The position numbers and the translations under genes are program-made. From Phycisphaeraceae bacterium (GTDB lineage: Bacteria > Planctomycetota > Phycisphaerae > Phycisphaerales > Zrk34): 64,000 nucleotides of DNA. Below are positions 39,137-48,397 of the stretch, in pieces. The notes under the pieces are model-generated. The model was not told the DNA's origin. It saw only the letters and a list, made by a program, of their open reading frames with translations, and searched no databases. How positions within the stretch are numbered: the stretch's first letter is position 1; every line of letters begins with the position of its first letter. The stretch is from assembly GCA_040905565.1 (NCBI GenBank), contig JBBDRF010000005.1, positions 32,001 to 96,000 on the forward strand, written 5' to 3'.

Positions 39137-40339
39137 ATGCCTCAATCACCCATGCAATTTGTCTCCGCGATCAGCAATGAACAGCACACCGGCGAAGCGC
39201 TTGATGAAGTGCTCGGCGAGGTGCGCGAACAACTCGACGGCGAGGCGGACTTCGTGATGACGTTCGCCAGCTATCATCATCGACGCGACTTCGATCTCAT
39301 CGCCGACGCCATCGAACGCGACCTGAACCCCGGGGTGGCGCTTGGCGCTACCGCCGCAGCCGTGCTCGGCAGTGGCCAAGAGCTGGAGAAATCGGCGGGC
39401 CTGACGATGCTTGCGGCCAAAATGCCGGGCGCGTGGATGCATCCGTTTCGTTACGACGATCTGCCACGCATTGCGGAGGACGATGATCCGACGGGTATGC
39501 GTGAAGCGATCGTCGGCGAAGGGCGCGAGGGCGAACCGGCTGCGATGTTTCTTCTGGCGGACCCGTTTTCCACGCCAATGGTAAAGCTGATTCCGGCGAT
39601 CAATGCAGCCCTGCCGGGCGTTCCGCTGATCGGCGGGATGGCCAGCGGCGGCGCGGCGGCGGGCGATAATCGGCTGCTGCTCGGCGGCGAGGTCACCTCC
39701 GAAGGAGCGGTCGGCGTCGCGATCGGCGGCGACCTCCGGGTCGACTGCACGGTGAGCCAGGGCTGTCGCCCGGTCGGGCAACCTTGGGTGATCACGAAGG
39801 CGAAGCACAATCTGATACAGAGCATCGGCGGCCGGGCGGTGCTTGATGTCATCCAGGAAACCGCGGAGCAGGCGGACCCCGAAGATCAGGAACTGCTCCA
39901 GCACGGGCTTTTCGTGGGACGCGTGATCAACGAATACAAGGACCGCTTCGGCCGGGGCGACTTCCTGATTCGCAACATCGTCGGGGCCGATCAGGAGACC
40001 GGTTACATCGCGGTCAGCGATCTGGTGAAGGTCGGCGAGACGATTCAGTTTCACGTGCGTGACCGACGCACCGCCGAGCAGGACCTCCGCCTGCTGCTGC
40101 AATCGCAGAAGCTGCATGGCGAGCCGGCCGGGGCGCTGCTGTGCACTTGCAACGGGCGAGGCCTGAACATCTTTGAAGAGCCGAACGTCGAGTCGTCGAT
40201 CATCCGTGGTGAGCTTGGCGAGTCGCTGCCGCTGGCGGGGTTCTTCGCGGCGGGCGAGATCGGGCCAGTCGGCGGCTCGAACTTCCTCCACGGTTTCACG
40301 GCATCGCTTGCCGTTTTCCGCCCCCAAGAACAAGAATAA
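39137..40339 (+). CDS. Stand-alone FIST (FIST_N + FIST_C) sensory protein
   Basis: LLADPFS, IGGMASGG, VSQGCRPVG, GDFLIRN, CNGRG, GFFAAGEIGP...LHGFT. Confidence 0.9.
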   Translation: MPQSPMQFVSAISNEQHTGEALDEVLGEVREQLDGEADFVMTFASYHHRRDFDLIADAIERDLNPGVALGATAAAVLGSGQELEKSAGLTMLAAKMPGAWMHPFRYDDLPRIAEDDDPTGMREAIVGEGREGEPAAMFLLADPFSTPMVKLIPAINAALPGVPLIGGMASGGAAAGDNRLLLGGEVTSEGAVGVAIGGDLRVDCTVSQGCRPVGQPWVITKAKHNLIQSIGGRAVLDVIQETAEQADPEDQELLQHGLFVGRVINEYKDRFGRGDFLIRNIVGADQETGYIAVSDLVKVGETIQFHVRDRRTAEQDLRLLLQSQKLHGEPAGALLCTCNGRGLNIFEEPNVESSIIRGELGESLPLAGFFAAGEIGPVGGSNFLHGFTASLAVFRPQEQE

Positions 40340-40386
40340 ACGTCTTCATCGCCTTGAACGCGATTCTGCCGCAAAAGGACTGTTTC

Positions 40387-41595
40387 ATGAAGCTTATGAC
40401 GTCAATGCTCGCCCTGCTGATGCTCGTCGCTGCGACCGCGCACGCCGAGGAGGCCGAGGCGCCGGACCGCCTGATGCCCGAGCCGCTACGGGATCTGGGG
40501 CGGTCGCACAAGGTGCGGTTGATCTACTTTGTCCCAGCCGACCGCGAGCCGATCGACGCATGGGCTGCCCGGATCGAGACGCTGGTCACCTTCGCCAACG
40601 ACGCCATTCGCCGCGATCTCGTGGAGAAGGGGTATGAAGACGCCGCGCTGGATTTTGAGTTCGACGAGGCGGACGAGTTGGTGATCCATCTGGTGCGAGG
40701 CGAGCACCCGACTGACCACTACAGCGGGGCACCTGACTACAACTTTCGGCAGCAGTGGGTCACCGTGAACACAGACGTAGAAGCGGAGCTGGGCCCGCCG
40801 AGCGAGCGGGTGCACCTGATCTTCGCCGAGACCTATGATAAACAGCCCGCGCCACACGAGTGGGCGGGGGGAAATGCGCAGGCGGCGTTTCTTTCCGCTG
40901 ATACAGCGGTGGCGATGAAAAGCGCGTGGATCCTCCGCCCGGAGTTCACAGCAACCGACATCGAAACGCAGCTTGAGCTGCTGTTCGATGACACCCCGAT
41001 CGAGGGGCGGACCGCGATGGGCCACGGTCAGCCGAACTCGCCACGTCATCATTTCATTGAGGATGGTTTCGGCGCGGTGGTGCACGAACTTGGCCACGCG
41101 TTGTCGCTTTACCACGACAGCCGCGACGGGCTTTACCACATGGGCAACGGGTTTCGGCAGCTGCGGACGCGGTATCGTACCGATCTGCCGCACGACCAGC
41201 GGAGCCGATTCAGTGACGATGCCGCGCGGATGCTGGTGCGATCGCGATTCATCTCCGAGTCGGCGCATCCGAAGGATCTGACGCCGCCGCGGATGACCAT
41301 TCGTCTGCTTCGGCAGCCGCAGTCGGGCGATCGTGACCTGCGCATCCATCTTGAGGCTGAGGACGACACGGCCCTGGCGGCGTTCGTGTTCCACGTGGGC
41401 GCGAATGATTCGGTGGCGATCGGCGGGAAACTTGAGGGCAAAAGTGTCACGCTAGATGAACTACGCATCGGGCACCCCGAGATACAGCCGGGCCAGCAGA
41501 TTCACCTTCAAGGGCGGATCGTCGACGAAGCGGGCAACTTCGCTCGGCTGTCGTTGACACTGACGGTGCCTGATCCGGCCGCGGACGATTCCTGA
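40387..41595 (+). CDS. Secreted zinc metallopeptidase-like protein
   Basis: Signal peptide; HELGHALSLYH (HExxHxxxxxH) followed by Met-turn-like YHMGNG; C-terminal beta domain. Confidence 0.7.
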   Translation: MKLMTSMLALLMLVAATAHAEEAEAPDRLMPEPLRDLGRSHKVRLIYFVPADREPIDAWAARIETLVTFANDAIRRDLVEKGYEDAALDFEFDEADELVIHLVRGEHPTDHYSGAPDYNFRQQWVTVNTDVEAELGPPSERVHLIFAETYDKQPAPHEWAGGNAQAAFLSADTAVAMKSAWILRPEFTATDIETQLELLFDDTPIEGRTAMGHGQPNSPRHHFIEDGFGAVVHELGHALSLYHDSRDGLYHMGNGFRQLRTRYRTDLPHDQRSRFSDDAARMLVRSRFISESAHPKDLTPPRMTIRLLRQPQSGDRDLRIHLEAEDDTALAAFVFHVGANDSVAIGGKLEGKSVTLDELRIGHPEIQPGQQIHLQGRIVDEAGNFARLSLTLTVPDPAADDS

Positions 41596-41620
41596 TAGGG
41601 CGACGACTTCGGCGGCGGTG

Positions 41621-42931
41621 TCAGCTGCGGATCTGGCCGTTGCCGCGGACGACCCATTTGTAGGTCGTGAGATCGGAAGCGCCCATCGGGCCGCGTGCGT
41701 GGAGTTTGTCGGTGCTGATGCCGATTTCGGCGCCGAGGCCGTATTCGCCGCCGTCGCTGAATCGGGTCGAACAGTTGACCATGACGTTGCCCGAGTCGAC
41801 GCTCGCGACGAAGGCATCGGCTGATGCGATGTCGGCGGTGAGGATCGCGTCGGTGTGATGCGAGCCGTACTTGTTGATGTGGTCGACAGCCTGCTCAAGT
41901 GAATCGACGACACGTATCGCAACGATCGGCTGCAGGTACTCGGTCGCCCAGTCGGTTTCGTCGGCGGGCTTGAGCCGTTCGGCTGCGACGTGATCGGCGG
42001 CGAGTTTGAGCGTGGTTTCGCAGCCGCGGATTTCGACGCCGGCTTCATCGAGCTTCGCGCAGACCGCCTGGAGCAGGTCCGCTGCATCACGATGGAAGAG
42101 AATCGTTTCGGCGGCGTTGCAGACGCCCGGCCGTTGCACCTTCGCATTCACCGCCACGGCGACCACTTCGCTGCGATCCATCAGCTTCGCGTGCTGATCG
42201 ACATAGACGTGACAGTTGCCGGTGTAATGCTTGATGACGGGGATGGTGCTTTGCTCGACGACTGCGCGGATCAGGCTTTCGCCGCCGCGCGGGATGACGA
42301 CGTCGATGAGCTCATCCATCTTCAGCAGCTTGCCGACGGCGGCGCGATCGGTGGTCTGCACGAGTTGAATGGCGTTGGCGTCGAGGCCCTCGGCGGTGAG
42401 GGCGGCGCGGATGACGTCGGCGATGGCGGTGTTGGAATGGATGGCCTCTTTGCCGCCTCGGAGAATCAAAGCGTTGCCGCTTTTGAGGCAGAGGGCGGCG
42501 GCGTCGCTGGTGACGTTCGGCCGACTCTCATAGATAAAAAGCACGACGCCGAGCGGCACGCGGACCTTCTCGATCTTCAGCCCGTTCGGCCGAACGTAGC
42601 CCTCAATCACCTGCCCGACGGGGTCCACCTGCTCAGCGATCTGCCGCACGGAACCCGCCATCTTGCCGATGCGTGCCTCGTCCAGCCGAAGCCGATCGAC
42701 CATGGCCGCGGTGAGCCCGAATTTGTCGGCGTTGGCGATGTCTTTGCCGTTGGCTTCGATGATGAGCCCGGCCTGAGCCTCGAGTCCGTCGGCGATGCGG
42801 CGCAGGACGGCGTCACGCGCCTGGCCGCTGATCGTGGCGAGCTTGCGACCGGCGGCGCGGGCGCCTCCAGCCAACTGCGTGCAGTAGGAATCAAGATCCG
42901 ACGGGACGTTCGTGGGGGCTTGCGTCGTCAT
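41621..42931 (-). CDS. proA: Gamma-glutamyl phosphate reductase
   Basis: VPLGV..IYESRPNVT, LRGGKEA, GVCNAAET, STRFSDGGEYGLGAEIGISTDKLHARGP. Confidence 0.97.
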   Translation of the reverse strand: MTTQAPTNVPSDLDSYCTQLAGGARAAGRKLATISGQARDAVLRRIADGLEAQAGLIIEANGKDIANADKFGLTAAMVDRLRLDEARIGKMAGSVRQIAEQVDPVGQVIEGYVRPNGLKIEKVRVPLGVVLFIYESRPNVTSDAAALCLKSGNALILRGGKEAIHSNTAIADVIRAALTAEGLDANAIQLVQTTDRAAVGKLLKMDELIDVVIPRGGESLIRAVVEQSTIPVIKHYTGNCHVYVDQHAKLMDRSEVVAVAVNAKVQRPGVCNAAETILFHRDAADLLQAVCAKLDEAGVEIRGCETTLKLAADHVAAERLKPADETDWATEYLQPIVAIRVVDSLEQAVDHINKYGSHHTDAILTADIASADAFVASVDSGNVMVNCSTRFSDGGEYGLGAEIGISTDKLHARGPMGASDLTTYKWVVRGNGQIRS

Positions 42932-42995
42932 GGTTCGAGAAGCTCTTGTCGTGAAAATAGATATCAGGAAATCAGCGTGCGAAGGCGAGGTTCAC

Positions 42996-43997
42996 TCACT
43001 CATCGCGGCGCTCGACGGTATAGCGGACGGAACTCGTATCCGTGGTGACCGTCAAGGTCGGCGGCACCTCAAAGGTGACCGTGCCGGTGGCGCTTTCGCC
43101 CACCGCCCGCACCAGATCATCGCTGCCCAGACGCAGCGTGGCCACCACGCGAAGTGAACCGTCACGCACACGCTGAATCAACTCGGAGGGGCCGCTGACG
43201 CGCACATCACGCAGCACGCGCGACTCTTCGTCGAGCACCACGTCATAGCGTTCAAGATCCGAAGGCGGAGCCATGATCCAGACGGGCACGCTGGGGAGGG
43301 TGACGACGTCGTCTTTCGTGTCGATGGTGAAGGTCACCTGCACTTCTTCGGGCTCGATCTTGACGTGAGGATCGTCCGCAAGTTCGGGAGGAAGCTGCAC
43401 GCGTCCGCGCACCGTCTGCTGCTGGCCGGCAGGCAGAAGGCGGATGGGAACGACGGGCTCGACTCGCAGTTGGAGTTGATCGCCGGATTGCGGGAGGTCC
43501 GCCAGCCGACCTTCGGGAAGCGTGACAGTCACGCGAGCGGGTTCAATGCTCAGGGACTCTTCAACGAGTTGGACGTCGCGCGGCCGAAACACCGTGACCA
43601 CGTCGCGACTCACCAGCCGATCGATTTCCAGCAGCATGGTGGGCGGGTCGACGCTGGTCACGTTCACGTTCAGGCCGGAGATCGGCCTGGCGTTGGGGAC
43701 GTGCTCGCTCATCGCGATGCTGACCTCGCCCGTTTCGATATGGTCGAGTTCGAGTGCAATGCCGCTGCCGACACCTCGGCGGACCTGGTCGAGTTCGCTG
43801 CGGGCCCCTTTGAACTGCATGCTGAACCGCTCGGGCTGCTGGCGTACCACGACCAGATCATCGCTGGGCAGCACCACGCGGACGGACACGGAACTTGCCA
43901 GCCACGTCTGCACGTTCCGCCCCTCGGCATAGAGCCAGACGAGCGCCGTGATCAGCGTCACCAGCAGATAATCCTGAATGTGCCTCGCCCAGTTCAT
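42996..43997 (-). CDS. YbbR/CdaR-like membrane-anchored regulator
   Basis: N-terminal TM (LLVTLITALVWLYA) and three beta-rich repeats (PERFSMQFKG, EPARVTVT, VRVSGP); directly downstream of cdaA. Confidence 0.7.
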   Translation of the reverse strand: MNWARHIQDYLLVTLITALVWLYAEGRNVQTWLASSVSVRVVLPSDDLVVVRQQPERFSMQFKGARSELDQVRRGVGSGIALELDHIETGEVSIAMSEHVPNARPISGLNVNVTSVDPPTMLLEIDRLVSRDVVTVFRPRDVQLVEESLSIEPARVTVTLPEGRLADLPQSGDQLQLRVEPVVPIRLLPAGQQQTVRGRVQLPPELADDPHVKIEPEEVQVTFTIDTKDDVVTLPSVPVWIMAPPSDLERYDVVLDEESRVLRDVRVSGPSELIQRVRDGSLRVVATLRLGSDDLVRAVGESATGTVTFEVPPTLTVTTDTSSVRYTVERRDE

Positions 43998-44009
43998 AAG
44001 CCAACCTGA

Positions 44010-44882
44010 TTAAGCAGCGGTCTTGCCGGAGAGCCCGGGATCTTCTTCTTCATCGTCATCGTTTTTTGATTCGGGCGGCCCCTGGCTCAGCCCGCGACGC
44101 AGCATGGCCCGCAGGCCGTCCGTCGAAAGCTTGCGAAGCAGCTGCCCACGCTCGGCAAGGCTTATCGACCCGTTCTCTTCGCTGACGACGATGATGAGGC
44201 AGTCGGCTTCCTGGGAAAGGCCCATGGCCGCGCGGTGACGGGAGCCGAGTTCCTGATTGATGTCGTCGCTCTCGGCGAGCGGAAACTGGACGCCGGCTGC
44301 CATGATCTTGTCCGCCCGAATCACGACGCCCATATCATGTAAAGCCGACCCGGGCCAGAAGATCGTTTTCAGAAGTTCAGCACTGACGTTCGCGTCGAGC
44401 CGGGTTCCCGCTTCGATGATGCCCTCGAGGCCGACCTCCCGCTCCAGGGCGATGATCGCACCGATTTTGTTGCGGGAGAGATCTTCCACGGCGTCGATCA
44501 CTTCGTCGATCACGCTTTCCGCGGAGATGCTGGTACCGCGAAACAGCCGCGCTTCGCCGAGGCGCACCAGTGCCCGGCGGAGTTCAGGCTGGAAGACAAC
44601 CACCAGCGCGAAGGCGGCGAATGTGAGGAAGCTGCCGAGCAGGAAGCGCAGTCGGGCGAAGACTTCACTGTCGCCGCCGAGCCCGCCCACGATGATCGCA
44701 GCGATGATGACCACCATCCCGAAGCCGCGGAGCACACGCGCGCCGCGCGTGCCGCGCAGGAAGCGGAAGACCATGTAGATCACGAGCCATATAAGCGCCA
44801 GCTCGACCAGCACTTCCCAGAGATCGTAACCTCTAAGCCGTGTGGCGACTTCAATGAATGTCTGAGTCAGTCGTTCGAACAA
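44010..44882 (-). CDS. cdaA: Membrane diadenylate cyclase CdaA/DacA
   Basis: Three TM helices, VFQPELRRAL, GAIIALER, LHDMGVVI, LGSRHRAAMGLS, VVSEENG; TTG start. Confidence 0.9.
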   Translation of the reverse strand: MFERLTQTFIEVATRLRGYDLWEVLVELALIWLVIYMVFRFLRGTRGARVLRGFGMVVIIAAIIVGGLGGDSEVFARLRFLLGSFLTFAAFALVVVFQPELRRALVRLGEARLFRGTSISAESVIDEVIDAVEDLSRNKIGAIIALEREVGLEGIIEAGTRLDANVSAELLKTIFWPGSALHDMGVVIRADKIMAAGVQFPLAESDDINQELGSRHRAAMGLSQEADCLIIVVSEENGSISLAERGQLLRKLSTDGLRAMLRRGLSQGPPESKNDDDEEEDPGLSGKTAA

Positions 44883-45166
44883 AGTAGAAACCGCATCTGA
44901 AGGGGCCGACCGCTGGCGGCGCGGCGATACCGTGCCTCATAGTATATACGACGTTATCGTCGATCACGAATCGTGCCCTCCAGTATGGCTTCTCAGAGGC
45001 TCGGGCGGCATGCAATGCCCCGCGACATCGCCGAACAGAGGCCGCACATGGGCGTAATGATAATGCTGGAGGCTGCGGCGTGTCGCGGCTTGCTCGAGAG
45101 GCCCGCGGTGCGTATGGTCTTACCATTTCCGCCCCGTTCTGTCCGTAGCCAAGGAAGGCGAATCTG

Positions 45167-47128
45167 ATGGCTGACCCCACCACCGCCCCCAGTTCAACCG
45201 CACGACGCCCCCGCGCCGCCGAAACCGCCAGGCCCGACGCTGAGTCTATGGCCAAGTCGCAGCGCGAGATCTCCGTCAGTGAGTTCTTCGCGAAGAACCG
45301 CCACCTGCTCGGCTTCGACAATCCCCGCAAAGCCCTGCTGACGACGGTTAAGGAAGCGGTCGACAACGCGCTCGACGCCTGCGAAGAAGCGCACATCCTT
45401 CCCGATCTCTTCGTCGGCATCGAACAGCTCGGCGAGACCCGCTTCCGCATCACCATCCGCGACAACGGACCGGGCATCGTCCGCAAGCAGGTCGAAAACG
45501 TCTTCGGCAAGCTGCTGTACGGCTCGAAGTTCCACCGCCTGAAAATGTCGCGCGGCCAGCAGGGCATCGGCATCGCGGCGTCGGGGATGTACGGCCTGAT
45601 GACCACGGGCAAGCCGATGGTCATCCACACCAAGCCCAAGAAGAACAAGCCCTGCCATCGTGTGACGCTCGCCATCGACACGCAGAAGAACAAAGCAGAC
45701 GTGTCGGATGAAATCGAAATGGACTTCGACCTGATCCCCAAGACCGGCACGCAGGTGGAGATCGAACTGGAAGGCCGATACCAGCGCGGCCGGCAGAGCG
45801 TGGACGAATACCTCAAGCAGACGGCCATCGCCAACCCGCACGCCCAGATCATCTTTCAGCCGCCCGACGCCTGCCGCCCCGCCAACACCAACGGCAACGG
45901 CCATGCCCAGCCCGACACCGAAGCGCTGATCGACGATCAGGCCCACGCCGTCGAAGTGGCCAAGACCAGCCCGCAATCGACCGTCACGCCCGGCGGCACC
46001 ATCGTGCATCCGCGCGGCATCGCTGAGTTGCCGGAAGAACCCAAAGAGATCAAGCCTCATCCGCGCGGCATCGAGATGGGTACGCTCCAGCGCATGCTCA
46101 AAACGACGCAGGCGACGCAGCTGGGCGCTTTCCTGCAATCCGAATTTTGCCGGGTGTCGACGAGCAAGGCGACGGAGATTTGCGATCTCGCGGGCAAGCT
46201 CGTCGGCAGCGCCACCATCACCAACCGCACCTACTGCAGCCGCATCAAGCATGCCGAGGCCGAGGCGATCTATCAGGCGATCCAGGAAGTGAAGCTGATG
46301 TCGCCGCCGACTGATTGCCTGGCTCCGATCGGCGCGAAGCAAATTCTCGCCGGCCTGCTCAAAGGCGAAAAGGCGGAGTTCTACACCGCCAACACGCGTG
46401 ATCCTGCGGTCTACCGCGGTAACCCGTTCCAGATCGAAGTCGGTCTGGCGTTCGGCGGGTCGCTGCCGGGTGACGAGCCCGGCCGTGTCATCCGCTTCGC
46501 CAACCGCGTGCCGCTGCTCTATCAGCAGTCCGCCTGCGCCGCCTTCAAAGCCGTCGCCGATACAGGCTGGCGCAACTACAACCTCTCCCAGCCGCGGGGC
46601 GCGCTGCCCGTCGGCCCGCTGGTGATCATGATCCACATGGCCAGCGTCTGGGTGCCGTTCACCAGCGAATCCAAGGAAGCGATCGCCGACTACGATGAGA
46701 TTCGCAAGGAGATGAAGCTCGCCCTTTCCGAGTGCGGCCGCAAGCTGAAGATCTATCTCAGCCGACGTGCCCGAATGCGGCGGGAGGGTCAACGCCGCGA
46801 CATCTTCACCCGTTACATCGGCGAGGTCGTCCGCGCCATCAACAGCATCGATCCGCAGTTCGATCCGGCTGAGCTTCACGAGCAGTTCGTCAGCGTCGCC
46901 CGTACCCGCACCGCCCAGGCGGACGTGGAGTTCGACGAAGATGGCAATCCGATCAAGAAGAAAAAGAAGCAGACTCGCGACGTGCTCGCCGCCGACGAAA
47001 CGACCGTGATCGTGGAAGACGAGACACAGGTTGACGAAGAAGAGTCTGACGAGCCCTCGGCAGGAACGCGCGATCGCGAGCAAGCGGTTTCAGACGAGGA
47101 CGACGAGGGCAGCGAGACGCTCTTCTAA
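45167..47128 (+). CDS. top6B: DNA topoisomerase VI subunit B
   Basis: EISVSEFFAKNRHLLGF, KEAVDNALDACEE, DNGPGI, LLYGSKFH..RGQQGIG (GHKL), RFANRVPLLY, VPFTSESKEAIA. Confidence 0.96.
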   Translation: MADPTTAPSSTARRPRAAETARPDAESMAKSQREISVSEFFAKNRHLLGFDNPRKALLTTVKEAVDNALDACEEAHILPDLFVGIEQLGETRFRITIRDNGPGIVRKQVENVFGKLLYGSKFHRLKMSRGQQGIGIAASGMYGLMTTGKPMVIHTKPKKNKPCHRVTLAIDTQKNKADVSDEIEMDFDLIPKTGTQVEIELEGRYQRGRQSVDEYLKQTAIANPHAQIIFQPPDACRPANTNGNGHAQPDTEALIDDQAHAVEVAKTSPQSTVTPGGTIVHPRGIAELPEEPKEIKPHPRGIEMGTLQRMLKTTQATQLGAFLQSEFCRVSTSKATEICDLAGKLVGSATITNRTYCSRIKHAEAEAIYQAIQEVKLMSPPTDCLAPIGAKQILAGLLKGEKAEFYTANTRDPAVYRGNPFQIEVGLAFGGSLPGDEPGRVIRFANRVPLLYQQSACAAFKAVADTGWRNYNLSQPRGALPVGPLVIMIHMASVWVPFTSESKEAIADYDEIRKEMKLALSECGRKLKIYLSRRARMRREGQRRDIFTRYIGEVVRAINSIDPQFDPAELHEQFVSVARTRTAQADVEFDEDGNPIKKKKKQTRDVLAADETTVIVEDETQVDEEESDEPSAGTRDREQAVSDEDDEGSETLF

Positions 47129-47197
47129 GCGTTCCACAACCAGCCGCCGCGCCGCCAAGCTACCTCCATCTCTATCAGCAAAAAGTCCAGATACGCC

Positions 47198-48397
47198 ATG
47201 GCCAAGAAAAAGACCACCAAGAGCGCTCCGAAGAAGATCTCCGCCAAGGCCGTCGCCGAGGCTGCGACCGCAGGCACCAAGCGGACGAAGGTGAAACCCT
47301 CCCGCAAGAGCGATCCCGCTGCGACAGGTAAGAAAATCATCGACCTGGCGGGCACGATCGTGACGCAGGTGACGCAGGAGAAAGACCCCGGCGTCGACAT
47401 CCCCACCCGCGCCCTCTCGAACGTCCATTTCGACGACAAGTCACGCGTCATCCGCATGGGCGACAACAAGCAACGCCGGTCGTTCTTCAACCTCGGCCAA
47501 GCCAAGAAGTTCATGCAGACGACGCTGATCGCTTCCGGCTGCAAAGAGCTGATCGATCAGAAAAAGACCACCTCCATTCGTGATCTTTTCTACCACTGCA
47601 AACGCACCATCGAAGGCACGAAGGAAAATACCTTCGACGAACAGAGCGAATCCGATCCCATCATCGAAGACCTCGAAGTCGCCCTGACCTCCCTCCGCGA
47701 AGAGCTCGGCCTGTTCGCCGAACCCAAGGGCGCGATGGTCGGCCCGATGACCATCGAAGACAACGGCGACACGATCGACCTCGCCCGCATGGGCTCCGGC
47801 GGTTGGGCCATCCCCTCCATCGTCGAAGACCACATCATCAAGTTCAAACGCGGCAAGGCGAAGTTCGTACTGCTTATCGAGAAAGGTGCGGTCTGGCGCC
47901 GCTTCAGCGAAGACCGCTTCTGGGAAACGCACAACTGCATGATTATCCACGGCGGTGGTCAGCCGCCGCGCGGCGTCCGTCGACTCCTCTCACGCATGCA
48001 CCACGAACTCGGCCTCCCCGTCTACGTCCTCGTCGATAACGACCCCTGGGGCTATTACATCTACTCCGTCGTGAAGCAGGGCTCGATCAACCTCGCGTTC
48101 GAATCCCAGCGCATGGCCATCCCCGACGCCCGCTTCATCGGCATGTCCAGCTTCGACGCTGAACGCTTCGACATCCCCTCCAACGTCACCATCAAACTCA
48201 ACGACAACGACAGCCGCCGCGCCAAAGAGATCATGAGCTATCCGTGGTTCCAGAAGAAGCCATGGCAAAAAGAGATCAAACACATGCTCAAACTCGGCGT
48301 GAAGCTTGAACTCGAAGCGCTGTCCAACAAAGACTTCTCCTTCATCACTGAGCAGTACCTGCCTCGCAAGATCACCGACAAACAGTGGCTCGATTAA
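47198..48397 (+). CDS. top6A: DNA topoisomerase VI subunit A (Spo11-like)
   Basis: SIRDLFY (catalytic Tyr), QSESDPIIEDLE, TOPRIM IEK and VDNDPWG, KLELEAL. Confidence 0.96.
   Translation: MAKKKTTKSAPKKISAKAVAEAATAGTKRTKVKPSRKSDPAATGKKIIDLAGTIVTQVTQEKDPGVDIPTRALSNVHFDDKSRVIRMGDNKQRRSFFNLGQAKKFMQTTLIASGCKELIDQKKTTSIRDLFYHCKRTIEGTKENTFDEQSESDPIIEDLEVALTSLREELGLFAEPKGAMVGPMTIEDNGDTIDLARMGSGGWAIPSIVEDHIIKFKRGKAKFVLLIEKGAVWRRFSEDRFWETHNCMIIHGGGQPPRGVRRLLSRMHHELGLPVYVLVDNDPWGYYIYSVVKQGSINLAFESQRMAIPDARFIGMSSFDAERFDIPSNVTIKLNDNDSRRAKEIMSYPWFQKKPWQKEIKHMLKLGVKLELEALSNKDFSFITEQYLPRKITDKQWLD

Noticed and set aside
44883..45166. Divergent cdaA/top6B intergenic region as a possible riboswitch or small ORF
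   Set aside because: Only promoter-like AT patches; no riboswitch consensus recognised, and the 64-aa ORF lacks support.
45194..47083. 629-aa antisense ORF opposite top6B (likewise 10098-11543, 31785-33083, 34462-35871, 39146-40333)
   Set aside because: In-register antisense shadows of well-identified genes; no recognisable domains.
45167..48397. top6B/top6A as a Wadjet (JetD) or other defence GHKL/TOPRIM system
   Set aside because: The motifs match bona fide topo VI subunits and no SMC/kleisin genes are adjacent.
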